Below are positions 49,467 to 57,686 of a stretch of 64,000 nt of DNA, in pieces. A model generated the notes under the pieces. It saw only the letters and a list, made by a program, of their open reading frames with translations, did no database searches and had not been told where the DNA came from. Source of the DNA: a virus (Duplodnaviria > Caudoviricetes); the IMG/VR virus record IMGVR_UViG_3300031555_001519, positions 73,478-137,477 of that record. One strand, 5' to 3'. How positions within the stretch are numbered: position 1 is the stretch's first letter; each line of letters opens with the position of its first letter. A program made the translations under genes and the position numbers.

Positions 49467-50042
49467 TCAATTCTTAATATAATCTGATTTAATAATTTCT
49501 TCCAAAGTTCTTGGAGTATAATCCATGTACGACATCATACAGCCGACATTATAGCAATTCATAGGAATATCTGTTTGCTTCTTAATATTAGTAACCACTT
49601 GTTGAAACAGATCTTCTTCGACAGTGCAATGAACGTGCCCATACAAATGAATACTATTGCGATGTTGACTCTGATAAAACATGATAGGATAGTGAGAGAG
49701 CACTACATTTCTATCTGCGTCCTGTATCATTTTATAATCATATATTCCCTGAAATAGTCTTTTACATGCCCCATCTTTAGCCCAACGATCATGATTTCCC
49801 TTTATTAAAAACTTGGCTCCATTTAATCTCTTAATGATTTCTTCAGTTTCTCTTGCATATAACCAACTAAAATCACCGAGTATATATACTTCATCTTGCT
49901 TTGTTACAACACGATTCCAATTTTCAATAATCAATTCATCATGTTCTTTAACAGAAGAGAAGCGCCTTGCACCGTTAGTTGCATCATATTTAATTATATT
50001 TTCATGACCAAAATGAGTATCTGAAATGTAAAACTTACGCAT
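49467..50042 (-). CDS. calcineurin-like phosphoesterase
   Basis: ISDTHFGH, ILGDFS, KGNHD, LSHYP and YGHVH motifs. Confidence 0.9.
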   Translation of the reverse strand: MRKFYISDTHFGHENIIKYDATNGARRFSSVKEHDELIIENWNRVVTKQDEVYILGDFSWLYARETEEIIKRLNGAKFLIKGNHDRWAKDGACKRLFQGIYDYKMIQDADRNVVLSHYPIMFYQSQHRNSIHLYGHVHCTVEEDLFQQVVTNIKKQTDIPMNCYNVGCMMSYMDYTPRTLEEIIKSDYIKN

Positions 50043-50055
50043 ATTTTCTCCCTTT

Positions 50056-50517
50056 CTACCTATACAATTGATATTTCTTACTAATCTGATGAGCAATTTC
50101 GTCCGGAAGAGGTTTAAACCAAATGCCTGTAAGGGTAGTACCGTTTTCTTCTTCTGGTTCCAGTTCTGTGAGACAATTGTCATATATCATACCAAAGTCT
50201 TCATCTTCAATTAATCCTAATTCTTCTGCAATCGTTTTAGCTTTAAGAAGATGATTTTTATTTCTGGCTTCACATATTGTTTTTACAAAAGAACCATTTA
50301 TGTATTGTTCGTATTCATCTTGGTCTATTAATATACGATTAGTTTCATAATCTGCTTTTCCAACAAGTGCTCTATATAATCCGTTTACTTGATGATCAAT
50401 ATTATCTCTAATCATTAATGTCCAATAAGCTTCTGCACAATGTCCAACCTGAGCAGCTAATTTTCCAGGACTTAAACATAAATCCTTTCGCATTATAAAT
50501 AATCTTCTATATCCCAT
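50056..50517 (-). CDS. Pth2-family peptidyl-tRNA hydrolase
   Basis: IMRKDL..SPGKLAAQVGH, IYDNCLTEL, C-terminal LY. Confidence 0.82.
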   Translation of the reverse strand: MGYRRLFIMRKDLCLSPGKLAAQVGHCAEAYWTLMIRDNIDHQVNGLYRALVGKADYETNRILIDQDEYEQYINGSFVKTICEARNKNHLLKAKTIAEELGLIEDEDFGMIYDNCLTELEPEEENGTTLTGIWFKPLPDEIAHQISKKYQLYR

Positions 50518-50783
50518 AAATCCTCCTTATTATATTGCCAAGGATATTTATACCACCTATTGGTTTCTTTTCCACAATATTTGCATCTACTTGTAACTAA
50601 CAAAGCTTCAGGGTATACATTTTCGTTTGGCTCGTGCCTATAATTATCAGATGCTCTAAAACTGTCACATGTTGCTATAATAATAGTCTTTTTACACTCT
50701 ATATCTCTAAATACATGAGGTGCAAAAACTCCATGCTTGAAAAATTCTATAAGTGCTTTAATATAACATTTAATAATTCTCAA
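50493..50783 (-). CDS. hypothetical protein
   Basis: 96 aa; CKYC motif; AGGAG RBS. Confidence 0.6.
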   Translation of the reverse strand: MRIIKCYIKALIEFFKHGVFAPHVFRDIECKKTIIIATCDSFRASDNYRHEPNENVYPEALLVTSRCKYCGKETNRWYKYPWQYNKEDLWDIEDYL

Positions 50784-50827
50784 TTCACTATGCTCCTTTG
50801 TTTAATATTATCTAGTACACAATATTT

Positions 50828-51427
50828 TTAAAAGACCTTCTTGCCAATCATAGTAGCAATAGTGTCTCTGATATCTTTTTCAGCCACAATTCTATCAGCT
50901 TCCAAAGATTCAATTACATCTGTATATGCCTGATTCTGTTTCTGTAAAGCATTAATAAGCTGCTTATACTCATTAATCTGTTCAGTATTCTCTTTAATAA
51001 TAGAAGAGTAGGTTTCTTTCTGTGTCTGGATACCGACGTTTACCGTATCATAAGCTTCTTTTGCAGTATTCAACTTCTGCATCAATAAGTTTATGTACTC
51101 CTGATTAAACTCGTTGCCAAGACCTAAATCAATAGAATATAATGTAATTACATTACATTTTGCAATATCTACAATAATAACCCATGTACCGTTCAAGAAA
51201 ATATCCACCGGCTGTTTATTATACTCATGTGGTGATTTACCGGAGAACAGAAGAGTACCATATTGAATCATCTTACATATATCCTCTTTAATTTTCTGCT
51301 CATGCTGTGCAATAAATACTGCAACGTCTGCTTTGGAATCTTTGTCCATAATACGCTCTGCGTATCTTTCACGACTGTGCTGCGATAGTTTTAAGTTACT
51401 TAAGTTATATTTCTGAGTAATGTCCAT
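50828..51427 (-). CDS. hypothetical protein (N-terminal HxRERY motif, C-terminal coiled coil)
   Basis: 199 aa with its own promoter and AAGGAG RBS. Confidence 0.75.
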   Translation of the reverse strand: MDITQKYNLSNLKLSQHSRERYAERIMDKDSKADVAVFIAQHEQKIKEDICKMIQYGTLLFSGKSPHEYNKQPVDIFLNGTWVIIVDIAKCNVITLYSIDLGLGNEFNQEYINLLMQKLNTAKEAYDTVNVGIQTQKETYSSIIKENTEQINEYKQLINALQKQNQAYTDVIESLEADRIVAEKDIRDTIATMIGKKVF

Positions 51428-51474
51428 AATGTCTCCTTTTCTAATGTTTAATTTTATTCAGTTCGTTCAATGAT

Positions 51475-51526
51475 ATAATACCCTATATTTTGGAAAAAGT
51501 CAATAGCTTTATTTAATTTTATTTAG
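51475..51526 (-). promoter_or_regulatory. sigmaA-type promoter preceded by the 15-bp motif
   Basis: CTAAATAAAATTAAA (51526-51512), TTGACT (51503-51498), 17 bp, TATTAT (51480-51475). Confidence 0.6.
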
Positions 51527-52512
51527 TTAAGTTTAATAAGTTTGTCTGATAACAGCTTCTGGTTGTGGGGATAGTCTTCAAAATAGAAGAATGGATTCTT
51601 TTCATGTAAATATCTATCTCCGGCATTATCAGCAGTGATTCCCTTCTTTTCATAATTACTATCTGCCTGTATGTCCAACGTTTCTGCAATAATGTTATTT
51701 AGTTGTATCATTTCTTCATATTCATTTATTTCTTCTGTAACTACCTCTCTATCAAATACAAGTCTGTAGCAGAAGAATACATTTTTCCAGCCCTTATTCT
51801 GTAAGAAGATATCATTAAGTTCATTATAATAACTATCTTTAGTTTTCTTAAAGAACAGTTCAAATTCATCCTTGCATCCATATTTCTTAAGTAAATCATG
51901 CTGAGTTCTTAAAATGTATCTCTTTTCTGCATCAGAAGCATCATGGTATTCAATAGTTTCAAAAGTCGAGGATACCTTATGACCTACGCCAATTCTAAAA
52001 GTCTCTTCACATAGAAACACTTTTCTACGTCTTAAGCTGGCCAGTGAACTTCTAATAATATCACGAAACTTTAAATTACTTCTCTGATAAAAATTATTTA
52101 TATTGAACATATCCATTTTCTCATCCAGAGATAATAATTCCTCTTTTTTCTCTCTCATAGGAAAGTAATGTTCATTAACCATACCTAATATAGTCCATAG
52201 GTTCTGTTGCGTTAGATAGGCCACTTCCTCTTTCTGTTTAGATAAGTAGGAGAGTAGTATATGCTGTACAAAATCAACATACTTTGAATTGGCTGCAATT
52301 CGACCATGTTCCGCCGTAGGCTCCTCTATTGATGACTCCTTTATCCCAATAACTACATATTGTCTGCCTTGCTTCTCCAGATCGTACCTATCTTGTATTC
52401 TTTTCATTTGCTGAATCTTTTGTTTTCCTGTACACGGTTCTAAATTTAATGCTTTACATAATTCTTGATAATTCTTAAAAACCTGACCAGTTTGTAACGC
52501 AATTTCGTTCAT
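51523..52512 (-). CDS. hypothetical protein, possible replication/DNA-binding protein
   Basis: 329 aa; FKNYQELCKAL N-terminus; adjacent to a palindrome cluster. Confidence 0.6.
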   Translation of the reverse strand: MNEIALQTGQVFKNYQELCKALNLEPCTGKQKIQQMKRIQDRYDLEKQGRQYVVIGIKESSIEEPTAEHGRIAANSKYVDFVQHILLSYLSKQKEEVAYLTQQNLWTILGMVNEHYFPMREKKEELLSLDEKMDMFNINNFYQRSNLKFRDIIRSSLASLRRRKVFLCEETFRIGVGHKVSSTFETIEYHDASDAEKRYILRTQHDLLKKYGCKDEFELFFKKTKDSYYNELNDIFLQNKGWKNVFFCYRLVFDREVVTEEINEYEEMIQLNNIIAETLDIQADSNYEKKGITADNAGDRYLHEKNPFFYFEDYPHNQKLLSDKLIKLN

Positions 52513-52554
52513 ATTTGTTTCACCTCTAATTTTCCCTTATTTTCTGGGATATTT

Positions 52555-52825
52555 TTTTGTCACCCTTGCTCCCAATATATAATAATATACATAGGAAGCA
52601 AAGGTGACAAATTTTTTTCCTTAGTTTGTAAGGGTTTTTTAAAGATAGTCTCCAAAAAACCAATTTGCTTCGCCGGTGTTTGCAATAAGCGTCAGCTTAT
52701 GCAAATACCCAGGCGACAAATAACTCGGAGTTCTCATTAGTACAAGTGTAGGTAGGGCTTTGCCCGTACCGGAACGCTGTGCTAAGAGAACGGAGAGCAT
52801 AATGGTGTGGCAGAGCCACCTATAA
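52555..52825. repeat. cluster of inverted repeats (origin-like)
   Basis: TTTGTCACCCTTGCTCCC...GGAAGCAAAGGTGACAAA around an AT-rich spacer, then three further hairpins. Confidence 0.6.
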
Positions 52826-52834
52826 TTAAATATA

Positions 52835-53134
52835 TTATGAATGCTTCCATAATTGTTTTAAATAATCTATTTCTAATGTTCTCTTAATATTTTGATATGC
52901 AGTTTCTACAGACATATCTACTTCATACAATTTTTTTATTTCTCTGAAATCAAAAGAAAAATGAAAATGTCTGTCTGTAATATGTAGATAATTATTATAA
53001 TCATACCATCTTTTAATCTCACTTCCGTATATATCAAAGAGAGAATAATAGTCAAGTACTTCAACAGACCATCTAAAATTAAGTTCTGCTTTGAATTTGT
53101 TTATTATGTATTCTAAATATTCTTTAAATGTCAT
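52835..53134 (-). CDS. hypothetical protein
   Basis: 99 aa; AGGAGG RBS. Confidence 0.7.
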   Translation of the reverse strand: MTFKEYLEYIINKFKAELNFRWSVEVLDYYSLFDIYGSEIKRWYDYNNYLHITDRHFHFSFDFREIKKLYEVDMSVETAYQNIKRTLEIDYLKQLWKHS

Positions 53135-53145
53135 AAGTCCTCCTT

Positions 53146-53316
53146 CTATTTACCGTCATCATAAGTTCTTGCTAATTCGGCAGATAGATCTTGAACAGTT
53201 TCTTCAAGCTGCTCTATGTATTCATATATTGTACTCCATGCTTCCATATATAAATCATAAGAATCAAAATTATCTAAATATTCCATTGCTTCTGTAATTT
53301 CATTCGGTCTGCTCAT
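53146..53316 (-). CDS. small hypothetical protein
   Basis: AGGTG RBS before MSRPNE. Confidence 0.65.
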   Translation of the reverse strand: MSRPNEITEAMEYLDNFDSYDLYMEAWSTIYEYIEQLEETVQDLSAELARTYDDGK

Positions 53317-53412
53317 TGTTCTCACCTTTTCCAAAATTTTTTAATCCACTTTCTAATCCTTCTCCTATAAAAATTCCTGCAATTGCAATTCCTAGTCCTA
53401 TCCAAAACATTT

Positions 53413-53625
53413 TTAATCTTTCCTTTCTTTATTATCATATATATTTAAAAAAGCTATTAATGCAGAGAGTAGAAAAAGTCCTAAAAAGAATAATCTCCAA
53501 TCTGTTACTAATCCGAAGGCAATTAATAATACGCTTCCTAGACCTGTTGCAATCATTAAGAATAAAGCTATTAATGTTAAAAATATTTTAAAAGTTTCTT
53601 GTAAATATTTTATAATTATGTTCAT
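53413..53625 (-). CDS. small membrane protein (2 TM)
   Basis: Two hydrophobic segments; AAGGA RBS. Confidence 0.65.
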   Translation of the reverse strand: MNIIIKYLQETFKIFLTLIALFLMIATGLGSVLLIAFGLVTDWRLFFLGLFLLSALIAFLNIYDNKERKD

Positions 53626-53626
53626 T

Positions 53627-53911
53627 TTATTTTCCTTTCTGTATTTGATTTAAGCAATCGTTAAATCCTTGTGTGTAGTTATAGTGAAGTATATTTTCAA
53701 AGTTCGCTGCTCCATTCACACACGAATTAAGATTTTTATGTTCTGGTAGTGGTGTGAGAGGACACCAAGTTGGTTTAGTATTTGCTTCACTATAATCATC
53801 TGTAATTTTACCTGTTAGGCAACAAATATCTGATAGACCATAAGAATCATAATTTAAATGACATGTCGTGCAGCTTGTTGGTGTGTCTATTACTATTACT
53901 GATTTGCTCAT
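53627..53911 (-). CDS. small Cys-rich phage protein
   Basis: MSKSVIVIDTPTSCTTC...PTWCPL...GFNDCL. Confidence 0.75.
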   Translation of the reverse strand: MSKSVIVIDTPTSCTTCHLNYDSYGLSDICCLTGKITDDYSEANTKPTWCPLTPLPEHKNLNSCVNGAANFENILHYNYTQGFNDCLNQIQKGK

Positions 53912-53954
53912 TGTTTCTCCTTTCTGTTTAATTATGTTTAGTTCGCTTGAGATG

Positions 53955-54005
53955 ATAATATAGCAAAATGTGTAAAATGTCAAGTGCTTATTTAATTTTA
54001 TTTAG
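53955..54005 (-). promoter_or_regulatory. leftward sigmaA-type promoter preceded by the 15-bp motif
   Basis: Motif 54005-53991, TTGACA 53983-53978, 17 bp, TATTAT. Confidence 0.65.
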
Positions 54006-54080
54006 TTAATGGTGAGACTAGGGTGAATAAAAGAGGATGTATGGTTTTATAGTGCCCCCGGTATATAGGATATGAAGGTA

Positions 54081-54215
54081 TGTGGATAAGTTTTTGAGGG
54101 AGTTGAAGAAATGGTAAGGATAATAAGGGGAATTGGAGATTGTGGAATATGTGGATAAGTATGTGGATTGTTTAATTTTGTTTAGTAATGGATTGGGAGA
54201 ATTGAGTGTGGATAG
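54081..54215. promoter_or_regulatory. DnaA-box cluster
   Basis: Perfect TGTGGATAA (= TTATCCACA) at 54081 and 54150; near matches at 54141, 54162 and 54207; all in one orientation. Confidence 0.6.
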
Positions 54216-54426
54216 GGGAATTTACGATTGGTGGTGCGATTGATAGAAGGAATGGTTTTGATCGTGGTTTTTTAGTCAGTGTAGAAGTGTACCACGTCTA
54301 TGGAATCCAGCAAAATCAAGGCTTTCCGTAGGTTTTAAGTACCCCCACTAAGTGCAAAAAAACTATAATTTTTTAGCACTTAGAAACCCTTATAAAATAG
54401 GGCTTTGCGGGCTTTTTATGCATGGT

Positions 54427-54454
54427 TTGACTTTCATTTCTATCGTGTTATAGT
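54427..54454 (+). promoter_or_regulatory. rightward early sigmaA-type promoter
   Basis: TTGACT, 16 bp, extended TG-t-TATAGT. Confidence 0.65.
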
Positions 54455-54460
54455 TCAATC

Positions 54461-54956
54461 ATCAGCAAGAGCTGATAACCACTAAACAGTCAAGGCTGTA
54501 AGGTGTGTATTGCAAGTATAGTCAAGGCTATACCCATAGGCAACACGTCAACTATGTCTACAGTTTAAGGAAGGAGTGTATTTTAGGGGATAACTGTACC
54601 CTCATGGACTAATACCTGTACCATGTAAAAAACGGTATAACCGGGAAAGAATGCCGTTCTGCTCGGGGTAGGGGAAACTTTACCCAAAGTATAATACGGT
54701 CGTCAGTGGTGTGCTAGGTATCCCGTAACTCCCTAGCGAATGGACAACGCAAGAAGTCTGCCCAAATGGGCTATATTGTGCGACGCATCTATCTTGATGA
54801 TGGGTGGTCTATACCTTGAGGAAACAAGTCCTAGCTGGTAACTAGGAAACTGTCTACACGCAGTCTGCAAGTCGGTAGTATCTCAAGTAAATACGGTGTT
54901 TAGCAGGCACTAGGAAGGTTTGATAGTAGGTTTAAAGTCCTATTAGTCGCAAAAAA
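54461..54956 (+). ncRNA. candidate ~500-nt structured early leader/ncRNA
   Basis: No ORF in the track, GC-richer, many hairpins (two AGTCAAGGCT hairpins, CCTAG-CTGGTAA-CTAGG, GGTAGGG-GAAA-CTTTACC). Bounded by a promoter and a twister ribozyme. Confidence 0.55.
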
Positions 54957-55036
54957 GTCTGTAATGCTACCACTAGGCATAACAAGGATAAGTCCTAGAT
55001 GGCTGTTACAAGTCAGCAAAAAAGCAGAGTACAGAC
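54957..55036 (+). ncRNA. twister ribozyme, type P1
   Basis: P1 GUCUG/CAGAC; U^AAUGC; P3 CUAGG/CCUAG; P4 GCUG-UUACAAGU-CAGC; 3' GCAGAGUA; pseudoknots UAC/GUA and AC/GU. Predicted cut 54962/54963. Confidence 0.85.
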
Positions 55037-55090
55037 TAAATAAAATTAAACATGGCACGAATAGCCCAAAAATCGAGAAAGAGGTTTATT

Positions 55091-55747
55091 ATGGCAAAGA
55101 CTACAAACAAAGTTGATTTATTCCAGGCAGACAAGGCAATGAGCGAAAGAGTAGCAGAATTCATGCGTACAAAAGTTTGGGGTATCACTTTGAAGGCACG
55201 TTGTAAGGCTGAGATTGCGAAAGCAGAAGCCAGCATTGAAGGACTCCGGAATTTAGATGGTTCTGTATTAGCAGACAAAGGCAAGGACTCTATCATCGCA
55301 CTGGAAGCTCACATTACCGAGCTTAACACCAAGTTGGCAGAACAGCTTAAGGAAGAGGCTACCTTTGACCTTACTGAGAATGATAAGACTTTCTATAAGG
55401 CTTACAAGGATGCAACCACAGAGTCTGAGGTAGTAGAGGCTATCATTGCATGGTTTGCAGCTTATCATCTTGAAGTAACCAAGGACAGTGACATTATTGC
55501 ATTGATTGCAGGAGCTATCAGTGGTGCAAAGCGTGCATCAGCTAAGACCATCGTCAACAGTGGAGCTACTCAGTTTGTAGAGAGTAAGCGTACTAAGACC
55601 GACATCATTGGATTGTTCTACGGTGTACTTGCAGAGCGTATGCTGGAAGTTGGTACCTTAAAAGCTACTGAGATTCAGGAAGACGTGCGTGAGTTCTATG
55701 CACCTAAGAAGAAGGTTAAGAAAGAGTCTAAGAAAGAGTCTAAGTAA
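55091..55747 (+). CDS. first early protein, hypothetical (218 aa, basic C-terminal tail)
   Basis: GAGG RBS before MAKTTNK; ends KKKVKKESKKESK. Confidence 0.85.
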   Translation: MAKTTNKVDLFQADKAMSERVAEFMRTKVWGITLKARCKAEIAKAEASIEGLRNLDGSVLADKGKDSIIALEAHITELNTKLAEQLKEEATFDLTENDKTFYKAYKDATTESEVVEAIIAWFAAYHLEVTKDSDIIALIAGAISGAKRASAKTIVNSGATQFVESKRTKTDIIGLFYGVLAERMLEVGTLKATEIQEDVREFYAPKKKVKKESKKESK

Positions 55748-55751
55748 TCTA

Positions 55752-55835
55752 CATAATTGCAGAGTGTGAGGACAGGCCACCAGTCTGTCCTTTAATGCAC
55801 TACCCATAGGGTAACGGTCACAAGTCCGTGCATTA
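55752..55835 (+). ncRNA. twister ribozyme, circularly permuted type P5
   Basis: GCAGAGUG; P1 AGGACAG/CUGUCCU; U^AAUGC-AC; P3 UACCC/GGGUA; P4 CGG-UCACAAGU-CCG; pseudoknot CAC/GUG covaries with the first copy's UAC/GUA. Predicted cut 55793/55794. Confidence 0.8.
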
Positions 55836-55850
55836 GAGAGAGGTACAATT

Positions 55851-56033
55851 ATGCAATCAATAGCGACAGTAAAAAGAGATAAAGTATACCAAGTATTAGG
55901 ATATAGCAGTGGTAGAATTTTAGTGTTATATGAATCAAAATCTGAAGATGAGTGTGACGATTTCGCAGATGATTATGCTATTGCTAACAATATGTATTAT
56001 TTACGTATTGAAAGTGCGTACTATAAAAAATAG
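55851..56033 (+). CDS. small early hypothetical protein
   Basis: 60 aa; GAGGT RBS. Confidence 0.7.
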   Translation: MQSIATVKRDKVYQVLGYSSGRILVLYESKSEDECDDFADDYAIANNMYYLRIESAYYKK

Positions 56034-56222
56034 GAGGATAATTTATGAACCGTTCAATGGAAGCAAAACATTCAAAAGCCAAGAAAGAGGCAATTAAACA
56101 GATGACAGAAGATGCGAACCTTGCCAGTTGTGCGACCGGAGTAATAAAACAATGCAATTCTGTAATCTGGAATCTGCATTATAGGCCATATAGTACTAAG
56201 CGTAAATAATTAGGTATAGAAC

Positions 56223-56255
56223 AGGACTATAGAAAGGGAAATCTATAGTCTTTTT
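56223..56255 (+). terminator. intrinsic terminator
   Basis: GACTATAGA...TCTATAGTC plus T run. Confidence 0.65.
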
Positions 56256-56276
56256 GTGTATCTAAAAATACACACC

Positions 56277-56305
56277 TTGCATTTTTTACATGCAAAGGAT
56301 ATAAT
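56277..56305 (+). promoter_or_regulatory. sigmaA-type promoter
   Basis: TTGCAT, 17 bp, TATAAT. Confidence 0.65.
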
Positions 56306-56324
56306 TACAGAGAGGTGGTGCAAA

Positions 56325-56468
56325 ATGATGCCAAACGCAGCAGAAACTATTGAGAAGTTGGCAAGAGAGTTAGAACGCCAGAAGCTTCTTTCTGAACTTC
56401 AGGAGTGCAATACGCTTGAAGATTATCAGGCCTATGTTGAAAAACTCAAAGCCAAATGCGAAAAGTAG
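56325..56468 (+). CDS. small hypothetical protein (47 aa)
   Basis: GAGGTGG RBS before MMPNAAE. Confidence 0.7.
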   Translation: MMPNAAETIEKLARELERQKLLSELQECNTLEDYQAYVEKLKAKCEK

Positions 56469-56529
56469 CTAACTCTCTAAGTCCTGGGTATGACTAAAAC
56501 TGCCCAATTTTAACAAACGGAGGTATATT

Positions 56530-56817
56530 ATGATTATTCAAGGCAAAATTAAAAAAAACAAAGAAATACAAGGCCACGCATATACAATAGTGGAGTTTTC
56601 TGTTGATGAGCTTATGAAACGTAATACACCTAAGGTAAATTTTTGGGCATTTTGTTTATATAATAATCTTCTAAAACAATGGAAAATAGAAAATGAAGGA
56701 GACGGAAACTATTATCCTACCATTGATTTAGTGGATTTAACATTAAGCGAAAATGAAGATAATAATAAATATATAATAGATATGCTGAAAAAATTTGATA
56801 TAAATGTTATTTATTAG
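56530..56817 (+). CDS. hypothetical protein
   Basis: 95 aa; GGAGGT RBS; hairpin plus T run after the stop. Confidence 0.75.
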   Translation: MIIQGKIKKNKEIQGHAYTIVEFSVDELMKRNTPKVNFWAFCLYNNLLKQWKIENEGDGNYYPTIDLVDLTLSENEDNNKYIIDMLKKFDINVIY

Positions 56818-57339
56818 ACTTACAATATGTAAGTCTTTTTTTCTGCACTTTAAGGCTCATAACCCTAGTGTGGATTTGTCCATGCATTATATGGACACAC
56901 GCTCAAAGGTAACATTCCTAATCCGAGCAAGTTAGGAGGTGAAAAAATGTTACGCATTGAGCAAATGGAAAATGGTCTATACCTGCTTACATATGAGAAA
57001 GACGGAGCTACTCTGAAAAGAGTGTTCGCAGACCCAAGTGAAAAGGTAGATATATCCCAACTTAAACCGGCAGAGAATCCGGTCTTTGAGCTTGTGATAA
57101 ATGACTAATTCCAGCCCAAGGGACACAATGATAACATTAGAAACTTTGTGCCCCATTTTGCTCATTAAAGAGAAACTAAGGCTTCCCCAAAGGAAGTCTT
57201 TTTTAATGCAAAAATTAAGAAAGGAGGCATAGTATGAAAGGCTATCCAACGCAAATAGGCTACATGGGATATATCCCAAACGAAGGATATGTCCTTTTTG
57301 CAACTGAAGACGAGTACAAAGAATATTGGGAGGTGCAGT

Positions 57340-57576
57340 GTGGAGATTAGAGTAACAGAAAACGTCATTCCTTTTCACAGACCTAAGGAAAAGGAGCTAG
57401 AGATAGTAAAATGGGTAAATCAACCCAACATCTTAGCACGGAATGCAAAGGCAAAAGCGTACAGCGAATCATGCAAGGAAAAGAAAAATAGATTTGAAAC
57501 ATTCTGGTTGTTTGTTTCAGGTGTATGTGCCTTCGCACCGATTTTGGCATTATATTTCATAGGACTTATGTTCTAA
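57340..57576 (+). CDS. small protein with C-terminal TM helix
   Basis: GGAGGT RBS before GTG; hydrophobic C-terminus. Confidence 0.6.
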   Translation: MEIRVTENVIPFHRPKEKELEIVKWVNQPNILARNAKAKAYSESCKEKKNRFETFWLFVSGVCAFAPILALYFIGLMF

Positions 57577-57596
57577 GAATTAGAAATTTGTCGGAA

Positions 57597-57644
57597 CTAA
57601 ATAAAATTAAACGCTTGACAAAGTAAAGCATTTGTGCTTATTAT
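57597..57644 (+). promoter_or_regulatory. sigmaA-type promoter preceded by the 15-bp motif
   Basis: CTAAATAAAATTAAA (57597-57611), TTGACA (57615-57620), TATTAT (57639-57644). Confidence 0.65.
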
Positions 57645-57686
57645 ATTGTCAAGACCAACAAAACAAAATTAAACGGAGGTTGTAAT

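Noticed and set aside
54461-54956. Hammerhead or twister-sister ribozyme in the early leader
   Set aside because: Only partial words (GCAAGUC, GAAAC); no complete CUGAnGA/GAAA core or twister-sister architecture.
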